From: an uncultured Chloroflexia bacterium
GTDB lineage: Bacteria > Chloroflexota > Limnocylindria > QHBO01
Assembly: GCA_963814375.1 (NCBI GenBank)
Contig: CAWFCQ010000008.1
Coordinates: forward strand, 1 to 64,000
Length of the DNA: 64,000 bases
Reading direction: 5' to 3'
Shown: piece after piece, positions 10,098 through 19,479 of the stretch
Layout: every line of letters starts with the position of its first letter
How positions within the stretch are numbered: position 1 is the first letter of the stretch
The notes under the pieces: generated by a model
The model's input: the letters and a program-made list of their open reading frames with translations, nothing else
Databases searched by the model: none
Told to the model about the DNA's origin: nothing
Program-made: the position numbers and the translations under genes

Positions 10098-11367
10098 GAA
10101 CATGCTCGCCACGGTCGGTGAGGCCGATGCCCGAGCCCTCGACGAGGTCACGGGTCGTCTGGCTGACGATGACCTCGCCCGCCTGCGCGAGCGCCAGGAT
10201 CCTCGCCGCGAGGTGGATGGCGATTCCCCGTGGTCCATCGGCACCGAGCTCCACCTCGCCAGTGTGGACGCCGGCTCGGATCTCGAGGCCGAGGTCGCGT
10301 TCCGCCTCCCTGATCGCCATGCCGCAGCGGATGGCACGGGCGGGGCCGTCGAAGCGAGCGAGGAAGCCGTCGCCGGCGGTATCGACTTCGATGCCACCGT
10401 ACCGGTCCAGCTGCTGCCGGACCGCATCGTGGTGACTCTGGAGAAGGCGTGACCAGGCGGCATCGCCGATCTCGCGCGCGCGATCGGTGGAGCCGACGAT
10501 GTCGGTAAAGAGGATCGTGGCAAGGACCCGATCGGCGTAGGGAGCGGGGCGTACGCCGGTGAGGAACTCTTCGATCGGATCGACGATCTGGTCCGCATCG
10601 ACGAACGGGACATGAACGTCGCCCGGCAGCTCGATGAACTGAGCGCCCGGGATGTGCTCCGCGATGTATTTCCCTTCGGCGACCCGCGAGTCGAGGTCGC
10701 CGGTGCGGTGGAGGACCAGGGTCGGGCAGCGGATCGCGGGGAGGATGTCGCGGACGTCGACCTGCGAATTCATGAGGATGAGATCGCGTGCCGCGGCCGG
10801 GCTCAGCGACGCACGTGCCATGCGGTGAAACCAGGCAGTGGTTCCGGCATCGGCGTGCGGGGCCATCCTGGAGATATCGACGTCCACGCCCCAGCCCTCC
10901 TCGAGGTGGGCCGCGGTCGCCTGCCGCTCCTCCCAGGTCGGCGCCCACGGGTAGTCATCGGTCCGAATGCGCTTGGCGTAGCTGCCGTACAGCACCAGAG
11001 CCCGTGTCCGATGTGGGTACGTTGCGGCGAACAACGCGCTCATCGGCCCGCCCTCGGAGTAGCCGAAGAGCGCCGCTCGCTCGCTGCCGGCGGCATCCAT
11101 CACCGCCCGGACGTCGTCCATCCGAGCCTCGAGATCGGGCTGTCCCACGCTGCGGTCGGAGAGCCCGGTGCCGCGCTTGTCGAACCTGATGAGCCGCGCA
11201 AATGAGCCGAGGCGCTCCAGGAGGGCAGCGTTGCCAGGATGCTCCCAGCCGATCTCGAGGTGGCTGAAGAAGCCCGTGACCAGCACGAGATCGAACGGCC
11301 CGCCACCCGTGATCTCGTAGGCGATGTTGACGTCGCCGCTGCGCGCATACGAGATCGTCCCGGGCAT
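10054..11367 (-). CDS. Alpha/beta-hydrolase fused to class III adenylate/guanylate cyclase (LipJ-like)
   Basis: FDKRGTGLSD, GYSEGG; LFTDIVGST, AGDGF, RAGVHTGE, LKGI. Confidence 0.9.
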   Translation of the reverse strand: MPGTISYARSGDVNIAYEITGGGPFDLVLVTGFFSHLEIGWEHPGNAALLERLGSFARLIRFDKRGTGLSDRSVGQPDLEARMDDVRAVMDAAGSERAALFGYSEGGPMSALFAATYPHRTRALVLYGSYAKRIRTDDYPWAPTWEERQATAAHLEEGWGVDVDISRMAPHADAGTTAWFHRMARASLSPAAARDLILMNSQVDVRDILPAIRCPTLVLHRTGDLDSRVAEGKYIAEHIPGAQFIELPGDVHVPFVDADQIVDPIEEFLTGVRPAPYADRVLATILFTDIVGSTDRAREIGDAAWSRLLQSHHDAVRQQLDRYGGIEVDTAGDGFLARFDGPARAIRCGMAIREAERDLGLEIRAGVHTGEVELGADGPRGIAIHLAARILALAQAGEVIVSQTTRDLVEGSGIGLTDRGEHVLKGIEGPRRVYAAD

Positions 11368-11426
11368 GACGACAACGGTACGCCGTCTTCCCCGTTGCGT
11401 CGCTCCATGGCAAATGCGACACGGAT

Positions 11427-11494
11427 TTGTCGGCCCGGGTAAGCGACAGCCATCGGCAGGCGGTTGGTTCGCCGTTGCTTACTGAGGCCGGTAA
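11427..11494 (-). repeat. Triple-box element copy 4 (partial, reversed)
   Basis: Boxes at 11427 (TTGTC-N6-GGTAA) and 11479 (TTACT-N6-GGTAA) 52 bp apart with TCGCCGTTGC; third box not recognisable. Confidence 0.75.
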
Positions 11495-11734
11495 AGGCCA
11501 GCGGCCGCGGCGCAAGACGTTCGGGCGGTCCGGATCGGATGCGACGCCTAGTCAATTCGGTCTTGTCACCGGCCGGCGGCGAGGTGCATAGTGACCGGGA
11601 CGCTTTGAAAGCCGGGCGGTGGTTGTGAGCATCAGCTCCACACGTCGCGTCACTCCTGCGTTGGTGCCTCGAGCGCGGTCTTCCACGTTGTCCCGGCTCC
11701 CCGGCAGTGCCACGGCCGCATTTCCGCGCGAGTG

Positions 11735-14270
11735 ATGAGCTTCCTCGGTCAGCTGATCGCGCTGGGCATGGCCAGGGCGGCGCTCGGTGCGTCGATTCCG
11801 GCGTTCGGTGGTGAGGATCCGCTCGGCAACGCCCCCGGCTGGGAGAACTGGCACCACGAGGGGCTGACCCGGCAGGCCAGCCGATCGGCAAAGTGGACCG
11901 AAACCGCGCAGAACGCGCTGGCGTTCCACGCCGATTACCTGGACTCCTACCTCTACAACCCGCTCTGGTGGTTCGACGTGGGCAACGGCGGTGGCCCGGA
12001 CCGCCTGTCGCTGGCGATGTCCTCGCGAACCGACCTGGTCAAGGTCCACTTCGACGACCTCACGCATCCCGAATCGGTCCGAAGCACGTGGCGTCGCTAC
12101 CTGTCCGGAACCGCGGCGGGACTGATCTGGCTAGGAGGAGCCGATTCCGGACCGAGCGAGCAGCGAGTGGCGATGGCCTACAACATCGTCGGCGCCTCTC
12201 TGCACGCCATCCAGGACTTCTACACGCACTCGAACTGGATCGACGACGAGGATCTGCGGAGCAAGACCTGGTTCGAGACCGATCCGGAGCTGCGGGACTG
12301 CCTGAGCCTCTGGACCGGGACGTACGAGCTGCCTGAGCACCTTGGCGTATTGCCCCACGGAAACTTCGTCTACGCCTGCACGGTCATCAACAACTTCGGC
12401 TCGGAGGGCCGCAGCCGTTCTGGACGCCGTGTGCCACGCCGCCTCGCCGCTTGCGACCTCGTCGCTGTGCTCGTGGTTCAGGGAATGCGCCGACACGGAG
12501 AACCTCCAGCCGCCGACCATCGAGATCCCCGTCGATCTCCCGGTCGTGGACGAGACGGTCACGCTGCCGCCGAATGTGCTCTGGGTCGAGCCCGGGATCA
12601 ACGTCGACAACCGCTGGTCGGCCGAGACGGGCGTGAAGATCCGGGGCCTCGCGCCGGCGGTCACCGGGAAGATGGCGTTCGAGACGGCCTACGAGCTGGC
12701 CTATCGCAGCTCCTGCCAGTGGCTCCACATCCTGGGACACGTCATGGACGCGGCTCAGCTCGCCGACTTCTGGCAGTCGGTCAAGACAGGCGGTGTCGCC
12801 GATGGCGACTACAAGACGCCGAGAGCGCCGTGGGAGGACTTCTCGCAGCTTCCGTATCGGTTCATCTCGGCCGGGCCCTATCCGCCGACGGATGCCAGCG
12901 CCGATGTCGACGACTGGTACCTGCGGCTGCTCATCCGCACCGCCGGCGACAGCTTCGCCGGCACCGATGCCGACATCGTCCCGTGGATCAATGGCAAGGC
13001 GTTTCCGCCGCTCGATCACGGCATCCCGCCATCGGTGCCGCCGCCGGGGCAGCCCGCGGTCCGGACTCTCGACCAGTCGCTCCTCGGGCACAACGACTTC
13101 GAGGCGGGGGACGTCGCGGCGTACATGATCGGACCGCTCGACGAGCCGCCGCACACGGTGGCGCTCGTGAACGACGCTCCCGACGCGGGGGACGTGATCC
13201 AGGCCGCCATCAACGAGATCGGTCGCAGCCTCACCAGCCTCTGGAACTCCGTCGTCGGGCTGTGGGGCTACCACGCCGATTACGTCGGTCAGAACCACTG
13301 GGTCTTCCCGGCGGCGCAGCTCGCGACGATCGGCGCGGGATCGAGGCGGTACTTCTATCTCGAGTGTGACGGTCGGTCCGAGGGCAACTTCATCGTCTCA
13401 GGCTGGGTGGAAGGCACCTCCCAGACCGGGCGGTTCGCCAACGGTGTTCCCTGGCGACGCTTCACGGTCCAGTTCGCGGAGCTCATTTGCGAGAAGGAGT
13501 CGGAATGGGATCGCTTCACGACTTCCGACGAGCCGTTCGTGCTCGGCCTCGTCATCCCCCACGGCGGGACGCAGCCGATGTCCGCCTGGCGCACGGTGCC
13601 GTACACGAACGTGAACACCGGCGACAGGAACCCCATCGGCCGCACCTTCACCGTCGAGGTGCCGCAGCGCTACGGTTTCATCTCGGTGGCGTGCGCCGTG
13701 TACGAGTCGGACGACGAGACGCCGAATGACCGGGACCTGCTCCTGGCACGGTTCGCCGATGACACAGCCGCCGCCATCGCTCAGCCGGAGAAGTCCTTCA
13801 TCGAGGCGCTGGGCGAATCGATCGCGGCCGGCTGGAAGCTCGCATCGGTCGAGGCGGTCGCCTTCAAGCGTTCGCCGAAGGTTGATGTCCGTGCCTACGA
13901 GCCGAGGACCTTCGACCAGTGGGTCGATGGCGGTTCGCGCGTGGAGTGGACGCTCACCGATCCTCGGACGTGGGAGGTCGACGTCCCCGACATCATCGAT
14001 TGCGGCTGCAAGGCCTGCACCGATGACGTCGTCCTCCCTGGACTGGCGCCCGAGATCCAGACCCTCGACTTCCGACCGGTTCCCGGAACCAGGGTCGATA
14101 CCGGGCCGGATTCCGGTAAAGAGCTGCGCGTCAACCTCGCTCAGCTGGCAGCCGGGTCCGTGTGGGAGGCCGATCCCGACGAGCCCCGGCTCATCGAGGA
14201 CGAGCCCCAGGATCCGCCGCGACCCAGGGACGATTGCGCTGACGAGACCCCAGCTCAGAAGGGCCGATGA
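11735..14270 (+). CDS. Het-C/Zn-dependent phospholipase-C-like domain + PLAT/LH2 domain protein; frameshift near 12405
   Basis: HHEGLT...HFDD...LHAIQDFYTHSNW (Het-C/VWA7-N-like); TAGDSFAGTDAD...NDFEAG (PLAT); joins ORFs 11732 and 12342. Confidence 0.75.
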
Positions 14271-14330
14271 CCCAACGCTGAATCGGCGGAGGATGGTCCG
14301 AACGAAGCCCACGCACACAGGAGAAATCTC

Positions 14331-14810
14331 GTGAACGTTCCCACAGGGCCGCCAGGAGTTCCAGAAGGACCACCGGGAGACATTCCGCGACCGCTCAGCT
14401 GTGATTCCCAGGAATGCCGGGCTGCGCTCGCCGAGGTGGCGACGAATCGCAATCGAGTGCTGAGCAAGTGCGCCCAGGTCGCGGCGACGAAGAACCGGAT
14501 GCTCCTGATGGCTGGCATCGCGGGCTTCTTCGCCACCCTGGCCGTCGGTCTCCTGGCCGCCGCTGCTGGCGCGACGTCGACCTTCTTCGGCATACCTGCG
14601 GCTATTGTCCTGCTGGTGGCGGCAATCGTGGCAGCGGCAATCGCAGCCCTGTTCGGGATCTTCGCAGCCATCGGCGCTGCGCAGTTGGCCGTCCAGCAAG
14701 GCGAGCTCAATGGCGAGCGCCAACGCTTTACGAACAGCACCGCCGCGGTGATCGCGTCGTGTCCGGCGTCCTGTTGGGGAGATCTGACGCTCCCCGCGTG
14801 CTCGGAGTAG
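14331..14810 (+). CDS. Cys-flanked helical hairpin membrane protein
   Basis: RBS AGGAG; ~55-aa hydrophobic hairpin flanked by amphipathic helices; 6 Cys. Confidence 0.75.
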   Translation: MNVPTGPPGVPEGPPGDIPRPLSCDSQECRAALAEVATNRNRVLSKCAQVAATKNRMLLMAGIAGFFATLAVGLLAAAAGATSTFFGIPAAIVLLVAAIVAAAIAALFGIFAAIGAAQLAVQQGELNGERQRFTNSTAAVIASCPASCWGDLTLPACSE

Positions 14811-14868
14811 CGACGAGGTTGGCTCGAGAGCCGTGCCAGTGGCGGCGCTCCGTGCGCCAGCGCGCCGT

Positions 14869-14999
14869 TTACCTGCGCGAGTAACCAACGGACAACCAGC
14901 GGCCGATTCGAGCCTGCAGATATCCGGAAATTACCAGCAGAGGTAACGGATGGCTGCGGAAGCGACCCTGCATCTCCGTTGCTTACCGACGCGGGATAA
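14869..14999 (-). repeat. Triple-box element copy 5 (reversed)
   Basis: Boxes at 14869, 14931, 14983 (62/52); CCAACGGACA / TCTCCGTTGC. Confidence 0.9.
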
Positions 15000-15078
15000 A
15001 TGGGACTCGAGCGCCCGGGAAACGGTGAGCGCGACAGCGTGTGCGCGGCTACCCTCGCTCCACACACGGAGGACGAGG

Positions 15079-15516
15079 ATGAAGCCGGAGATCAAGCGGT
15101 ACTTCGACCAGCACGGTGACGATCCCCGCCCGGCAATGCGCAAGGCGCTGCTGGCCGAAGGTCACACGCCCGACGAGGTGGACGCGGCGTTCCTGGAGTG
15201 GGACCGCGGGACGGCGGCTGCGGAGCCTGAGACCCGGCGCGGGACGTTCGATCGGGTGGCGGCGATCTTCCATCTCGTGGGATTGGGCTGGGCCGCCTAC
15301 TGGCTGCTGATCCTGCCGGACAAGATCGCCGAGGGTCGAGCACTGCCGGCCCTGGCGGTCGTTGCCATCGCGCTGCTGATCGGGTGGGTGGTCTCGACGT
15401 TCATCGGACGCTGGCTGCTGCCCCGCACCGGCCTGGGGATCGCGCTGATCGTGCCGGCCCTCACGGCGCTCTTCATCACGCTCGGGATGTTCAACGTCAT
15501 GGGCGGGCGCATGTGA
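15079..15516 (+). CDS. Hypothetical membrane protein (3 TM)
   Basis: RBS GGAGG; helical N-terminus followed by three hydrophobic segments. Confidence 0.75.
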   Translation: MKPEIKRYFDQHGDDPRPAMRKALLAEGHTPDEVDAAFLEWDRGTAAAEPETRRGTFDRVAAIFHLVGLGWAAYWLLILPDKIAEGRALPALAVVAIALLIGWVVSTFIGRWLLPRTGLGIALIVPALTALFITLGMFNVMGGRM

Positions 15517-15911
15517 CCTACGAGGCCGATCCACGGGTCGACGCGTACATCGATCCGTTGCCCGACTGGCAGCAGCGGATCTGCCAGGAGGTGCGCGAGA
15601 TCGTCCACGAGGCCGATCCCGAGGTGGTCGAGACGATCAAGCGGACCGTTCAGCCGTACTTCGTGCTGGACGGCAACATCGCGGCGCTCCAGTCCACCAA
15701 GGACCACGTGAACGTCTTCCTGTACGACCCGCTGGTCAGCGATCCCGAGGGGATCATCACGCGGGGCCACGAGGACAAGACCGGGCGCCAGATCATGATC
15801 TTCGAGGGTGAGCCGATCAACCGGCCGGCGCTGCTGGCGATGTTCCGAGAGATCGTCGCCCACAACCGCGCCGGAGGCTGGCGCAAGCTGACGGCCGCGG
15901 GAGCGGGCTGA
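15513..15911 (+). CDS. DUF1801 (YdhG-like) protein
   Basis: DPRVDAYID.LP.WQ..IC..VR.IVH.ADP.V.ETIK pattern; ATGTGA start/stop coupling. Confidence 0.85.
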   Translation: MTYEADPRVDAYIDPLPDWQQRICQEVREIVHEADPEVVETIKRTVQPYFVLDGNIAALQSTKDHVNVFLYDPLVSDPEGIITRGHEDKTGRQIMIFEGEPINRPALLAMFREIVAHNRAGGWRKLTAAGAG

Positions 15912-15924
15912 GCGGCGCCTGCGA

Positions 15925-16054
15925 TTACCCGTGCTGATAGTCAACGGAGACCGAAACCCGATTTCGGGCCGACGAGCGACGCGGAACTATCAGCATCGGT
16001 AAGAGAAGGCCATCGGGAGGCCCCTGCTTCTCCGTTGCTTGCCGATGCCGGTAA
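15925..16054 (-). repeat. Triple-box element copy 6 (reversed)
   Basis: Boxes at 15925, 15987, 16039 (62/52); TCAACGGAGA / TCTCCGTTGC. Confidence 0.9.
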
Positions 16055-16146
16055 TTCCAGCAGCGACGCCGTTGCCCGCCGCCGAGCGTTGACCCAATGA
16101 CCACCGGCCCTCGATACTCCCCACGGCCATAGGCGGAGACGGACCC

Positions 16147-16389
16147 TTGGAGTGCCCGAGCTGCGGGTCGGCGAACGAGCCCGGCAGGAAGTTCTGCGGC
16201 GAATGCGGAACGGCCCTGGCCGCGACGTGCCCGAGCTGCGGAGCGTCGAACGCGCCGGGCGTGAAGTTCTGCGGTGAGTGTGGCGCCGGCCATCAGCGCC
16301 TGACCGATGCGCTCCGATCCCCTGAGCCGCCGCGACCTGCGCACCGCGCTCCGGAAGTCGCGGGCGAGCCAACGCGTCACGGCGGGTGA
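16147..16389 (+). CDS. Double zinc-ribbon-only protein (possible truncated cyclase gene)
   Basis: CPSCG..N..G.KFCGECG twice, then low-complexity tail. Confidence 0.65.
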   Translation: MECPSCGSANEPGRKFCGECGTALAATCPSCGASNAPGVKFCGECGAGHQRLTDALRSPEPPRPAHRAPEVAGEPTRHGG

Positions 16390-16412
16390 GCGCCTGACGC
16401 CATAATGCCGGC

Positions 16413-16922
16413 ATGGCAAGACCCATCCTCGGCGACGCCTTCGACCATCACGTCTGGGCGACGCTGACCCTCATCGACGTGTGCATGGCCCTGAGCCCCG
16501 AACAGCTCGAGACTGACGTTCCGGGGACCTATGGCTCGATCATCGAGACGATGCGGCACCTCGTGGACTCCGACACGTGGTACCTGTTCCGCCTCAGTGG
16601 CGAGCGCCATGAGCTCATCGAGGGGGAAGCAATGGACCTGGCGCAGCTGCGGACGTCGATGGAGCTGAACGGTCTCGCCTGGTCGGAGCTCGTGGCCGGC
16701 GAGATCGATCCGGACGAGGTCGTATCGGTCCACCGCGAGGATGGCTCGGAGACGCACGCTCCGCGTGGCATCCGCCTCGCCCAGGCGCTCCATCACGGGA
16801 CCGACCATCGGAGCCAGGTCTGCACCGCGCTCACGTCGCTCGGCATCGAGCCGCCCGCGATCGACGTGTGGGACTTCGGTCAGCAGGCCGGCCGCGTCAC
16901 CGAGGTGGAGCCGACCACCTGA
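16413..16922 (+). CDS. DinB family protein
   Basis: HHVWAT, GSI..T..HL, HGTDHRSQ metal-binding His pattern. Confidence 0.85.
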   Translation: MARPILGDAFDHHVWATLTLIDVCMALSPEQLETDVPGTYGSIIETMRHLVDSDTWYLFRLSGERHELIEGEAMDLAQLRTSMELNGLAWSELVAGEIDPDEVVSVHREDGSETHAPRGIRLAQALHHGTDHRSQVCTALTSLGIEPPAIDVWDFGQQAGRVTEVEPTT

Positions 16923-16968
16923 TCGGCTGTCTTCTCGTCCGGGCATCCCACGTGCTGGTAGCGATGGG

Positions 16969-17202
16969 GTGGACGACCGTCATCTCGAGAAGCGGATCAG
17001 GGTGATCCTCGTCACGACGCGGGCCGCTGCGGCGAGCTTGGGTACGTCCGGTGAGGATGGCGCGAGCGCCATTCGACGCGGAATGGCGATGCTCGACGGG
17101 ATGAGGGACGAGGTCTTCCTTGACGGCGGAACCGATGCCACGGCTGCCTTCGATCAGGCGAAATCCGCCTTGGCGTCATTGCTCGACGAGCGGGCCACCT
17201 GA
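16969..17202 (+). CDS. Small hypothetical helical protein
   Basis: GTG start, 77 aa amphipathic ORF. Confidence 0.45.
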   Translation: MDDRHLEKRIRVILVTTRAAAASLGTSGEDGASAIRRGMAMLDGMRDEVFLDGGTDATAAFDQAKSALASLLDERAT

Positions 17203-17537
17203 TCACCGTCCCACGCCAGCCATCGAAGTGTGTGCTCGACCTCCGCCAGGCTGGCAGGCAGTGGCAGGAAGACGCCGACGCTCAGCCCATCCTCCGCTTC
17301 TGCCCGCGAGCCGGCCGATGCGACCGCGAGACGGCTGACACCGCCGAGCTGCTCAGGGCTCACGTTGAGCGGCACCAGCCCTCGCGCGATGAGCATCGCA
17401 TCGGGCGTTTCGCCGGCGATAAGGCGGGCGGTCGCCTCGTCTGGCGGCACGGGGGACAGGTGAAGCCCGGCCTCCTCTCCGATCGTCATGAGGAGTGCTC
17501 GAAGGTCGTCGTCGCCCACGACCAGCCAGGCTGACAC
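17154..17537 (-). CDS. Degenerate receiver (CheY-like) domain protein
   Basis: LVVGDDD...PDAMLI...FLPLP pattern; the phospho-Asp and conserved Lys are not evident. Confidence 0.5.
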   Translation of the reverse strand: MSAWLVVGDDDLRALLMTIGEEAGLHLSPVPPDEATARLIAGETPDAMLIARGLVPLNVSPEQLGGVSRLAVASAGSRAEAEDGLSVGVFLPLPASLAEVEHTLRWLAWDGDQVARSSSNDAKADFA

Positions 17538-17706
17538 GCCCTCTAGCGTAAAGCCATGCGTCGGTCGCCTCGCGTACCGAATGCTGGTGGACCGGGTGTA
17601 GGATGGGCGAGCCGACTCATGTCGTGCATCCTACGGGGCGAGGCCCTGGGACACCCTGAAGTGGGGTCCAAGGTGCGGCACCAGATCGACCGCTATCAGG
17701 TCACTG

Positions 17707-18456
17707 ATGTCGCCCGTCACGACGGAGACAGCAGCGGGAAACCGCCTGCTTGCCAGCCTTCCCGACTCGGAGCTCGACCGTGTCGCCCCGCTCCTGGCTG
17801 AACGCGAGCTTCGCCACGCCGAGGTGGTTGCCGAGCCGTGGCAGCCGGTCACCGAGCTCTTCTTCCCCGTCGGCTGCGTCCTCAGCGTGGTGTCCGAGAC
17901 CGCAGAGGGCCAGAGCGTGGAGGTCGCGACGGTGGGCAACGAGGGCATGATCGGGGCCGCCGCCTTCCTCGGCTCAGCCGGCGCGCCACTGTCGACGATC
18001 TGCCAGATGGAGGGATCGGCACTGGTCGGACGCACCGCCGATCTCGTCGCCGAGGACGGCGAGTCGGCGTTCCGCACCACCGTGCTTCGATACTCGTCCA
18101 CGATGCTCGTTCAGGCCGCCGTCAGCGCCTCGTGCAACCGCCTCCACCCACTCGAGCAGCGCGCCGCGAAATGGCTGCTGACGATGAGCGACCGCAGCGA
18201 TCAGGTGACCTTCACCCTCACCCACGAGTTCTTCGCCGTCATGCTCGGCGCGCATCGGCCGAGCGTCTCGCTGGCGGCCAAGATGCTCCAGCAGGGCGGG
18301 CTGATCACCTACCACCGTGGGCAGGTCGAGATCGTCGACCGTCCCGGCCTCATCGCGGCTGCCTGCGCCTGCTATCGCACGATCACCGAGCACTTCGAGC
18401 GGACCATGGGGATCAGGCTGGGCGACGAGCTCAACGGGTTGGCCGATCCGGCCTGA
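17707..18456 (+). CDS. Crp/Fnr family transcriptional regulator
   Basis: NRLLASL, VGNEGMIG, CNRLHPLEQR, LTHEFFAVMLG HTH. Confidence 0.9.
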   Translation: MSPVTTETAAGNRLLASLPDSELDRVAPLLAERELRHAEVVAEPWQPVTELFFPVGCVLSVVSETAEGQSVEVATVGNEGMIGAAAFLGSAGAPLSTICQMEGSALVGRTADLVAEDGESAFRTTVLRYSSTMLVQAAVSASCNRLHPLEQRAAKWLLTMSDRSDQVTFTLTHEFFAVMLGAHRPSVSLAAKMLQQGGLITYHRGQVEIVDRPGLIAAACACYRTITEHFERTMGIRLGDELNGLADPA

Positions 18457-18582
18457 TCGCGACCGCTCGAGCAGGGACGCGGCGCTCGCCCGATTCGCCG
18501 TCGAGCGCGCACGGCATCTTGTCCCTACACTCCGCCGGAACGCGCCGCCGGCATGCGACCAGCGGGCGAGTCCAGGAGCCTT

Positions 18583-18960
18583 CGTGCGCCGACCCCTCCG
18601 GTTCTTCTGCTTCTGATCCTCACGGCGTGCAGCGCGGTTGGCGCGCCGTCGCCGTCGGCTGCGAGGAGACGTCGCCGCCGACTGCATCGCTGACGGCATC
18701 GGACGAGCCCGCCGCGACAGTCCAATCGGCCCTCGGCACCGACGTGGGAGGGAGACCCGCAGCAGGACTCGCCCTTGTTCGGCCGACGGCCGACGATGCG
18801 CGATCAACGCAGACCTTCTGGTCGAGGCCGACGGCTCGCTTCGCAGGTAACCGGCGTCAGCGGCGGACTGAAGCCAGCCACCCGGTCTGGTCGCGGGACG
18901 GCAGCCAGATCGCGTTCGTGGCTCGAAGATCGGCGAAACCGGGAGCTCGCGGTCAGCTCG
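18583..18960 (+). pseudogene. Fragmented TolB/PD40-like lipoprotein remnant
   Basis: Fragments ILTACS (lipobox-like), EADGS and HPVWSRDGSQIAFV in different frames. Confidence 0.4.
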
Positions 18961-19039
18961 GCCTGGTCGAACGCGGATCGGCACTCGAGCGGCAGGTAGG
19001 GGGCGACCCGGCAATGCGCGTCGACCCGATCCGGGCTCG

Positions 19040-19399
19040 CTGCGTGGCGAGGAGCACCGAGGGCGCGATCGGCCGCGCGAGGCTGTGATTACCGCCGCTC
19101 GGTCGAAGCCATTCGCGTCGAGGACGGCGCAGCGCATCGGCCGCATGAAGGGGGAAGTCGTAGCCGTGAATCCGGCCTGCCGGAGCGGCCGGCGCCACGG
19201 GGGTCGTACGTCACCACCGTCGCGTGTGGGGTCATCGCGACGACCTGGTGGCCGACCACACGGGCATCGACGATGTTCCAGGTCGGCACGAAGAGGATCG
19301 GCGTTGGCCCCGTGCCGTACCGATACCACGCGATCCGAACGTCCCATCACCGCTCGACGGCGGTGCCCTGCTGCGACAGGCGATTGGTGCTGGAATCAC
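19040..19399 (-). pseudogene. Fragmented alpha/beta hydrolase
   Basis: IAWYRYGTGPTPILFVPTW, TYDPRGAGRS, GYDFPLHAADA, AVLDANG across several frames. Confidence 0.6.
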
Positions 19400-19479
19400 G
19401 GGCGGATCTTACGGCCGCACATGACCGATGAATTCGGTCACGCCATGCGGTCCATCGGTGTATGCGGCAATATCGGTCC

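Noticed and set aside
11386-11414. TTCCCCGTTGC...GGCAAA as an extra terminal box of element 4
   Set aside because: Too degenerate, and in the wrong orientation and spacing for the missing arm.
2072-16054. Repeats as a CRISPR array or classical integron attC sites
   Set aside because: Copies are kilobases apart, degenerate and in both orientations. There are no cas or intI genes and no consistent RYYYAAC/GTTRRRY ends.
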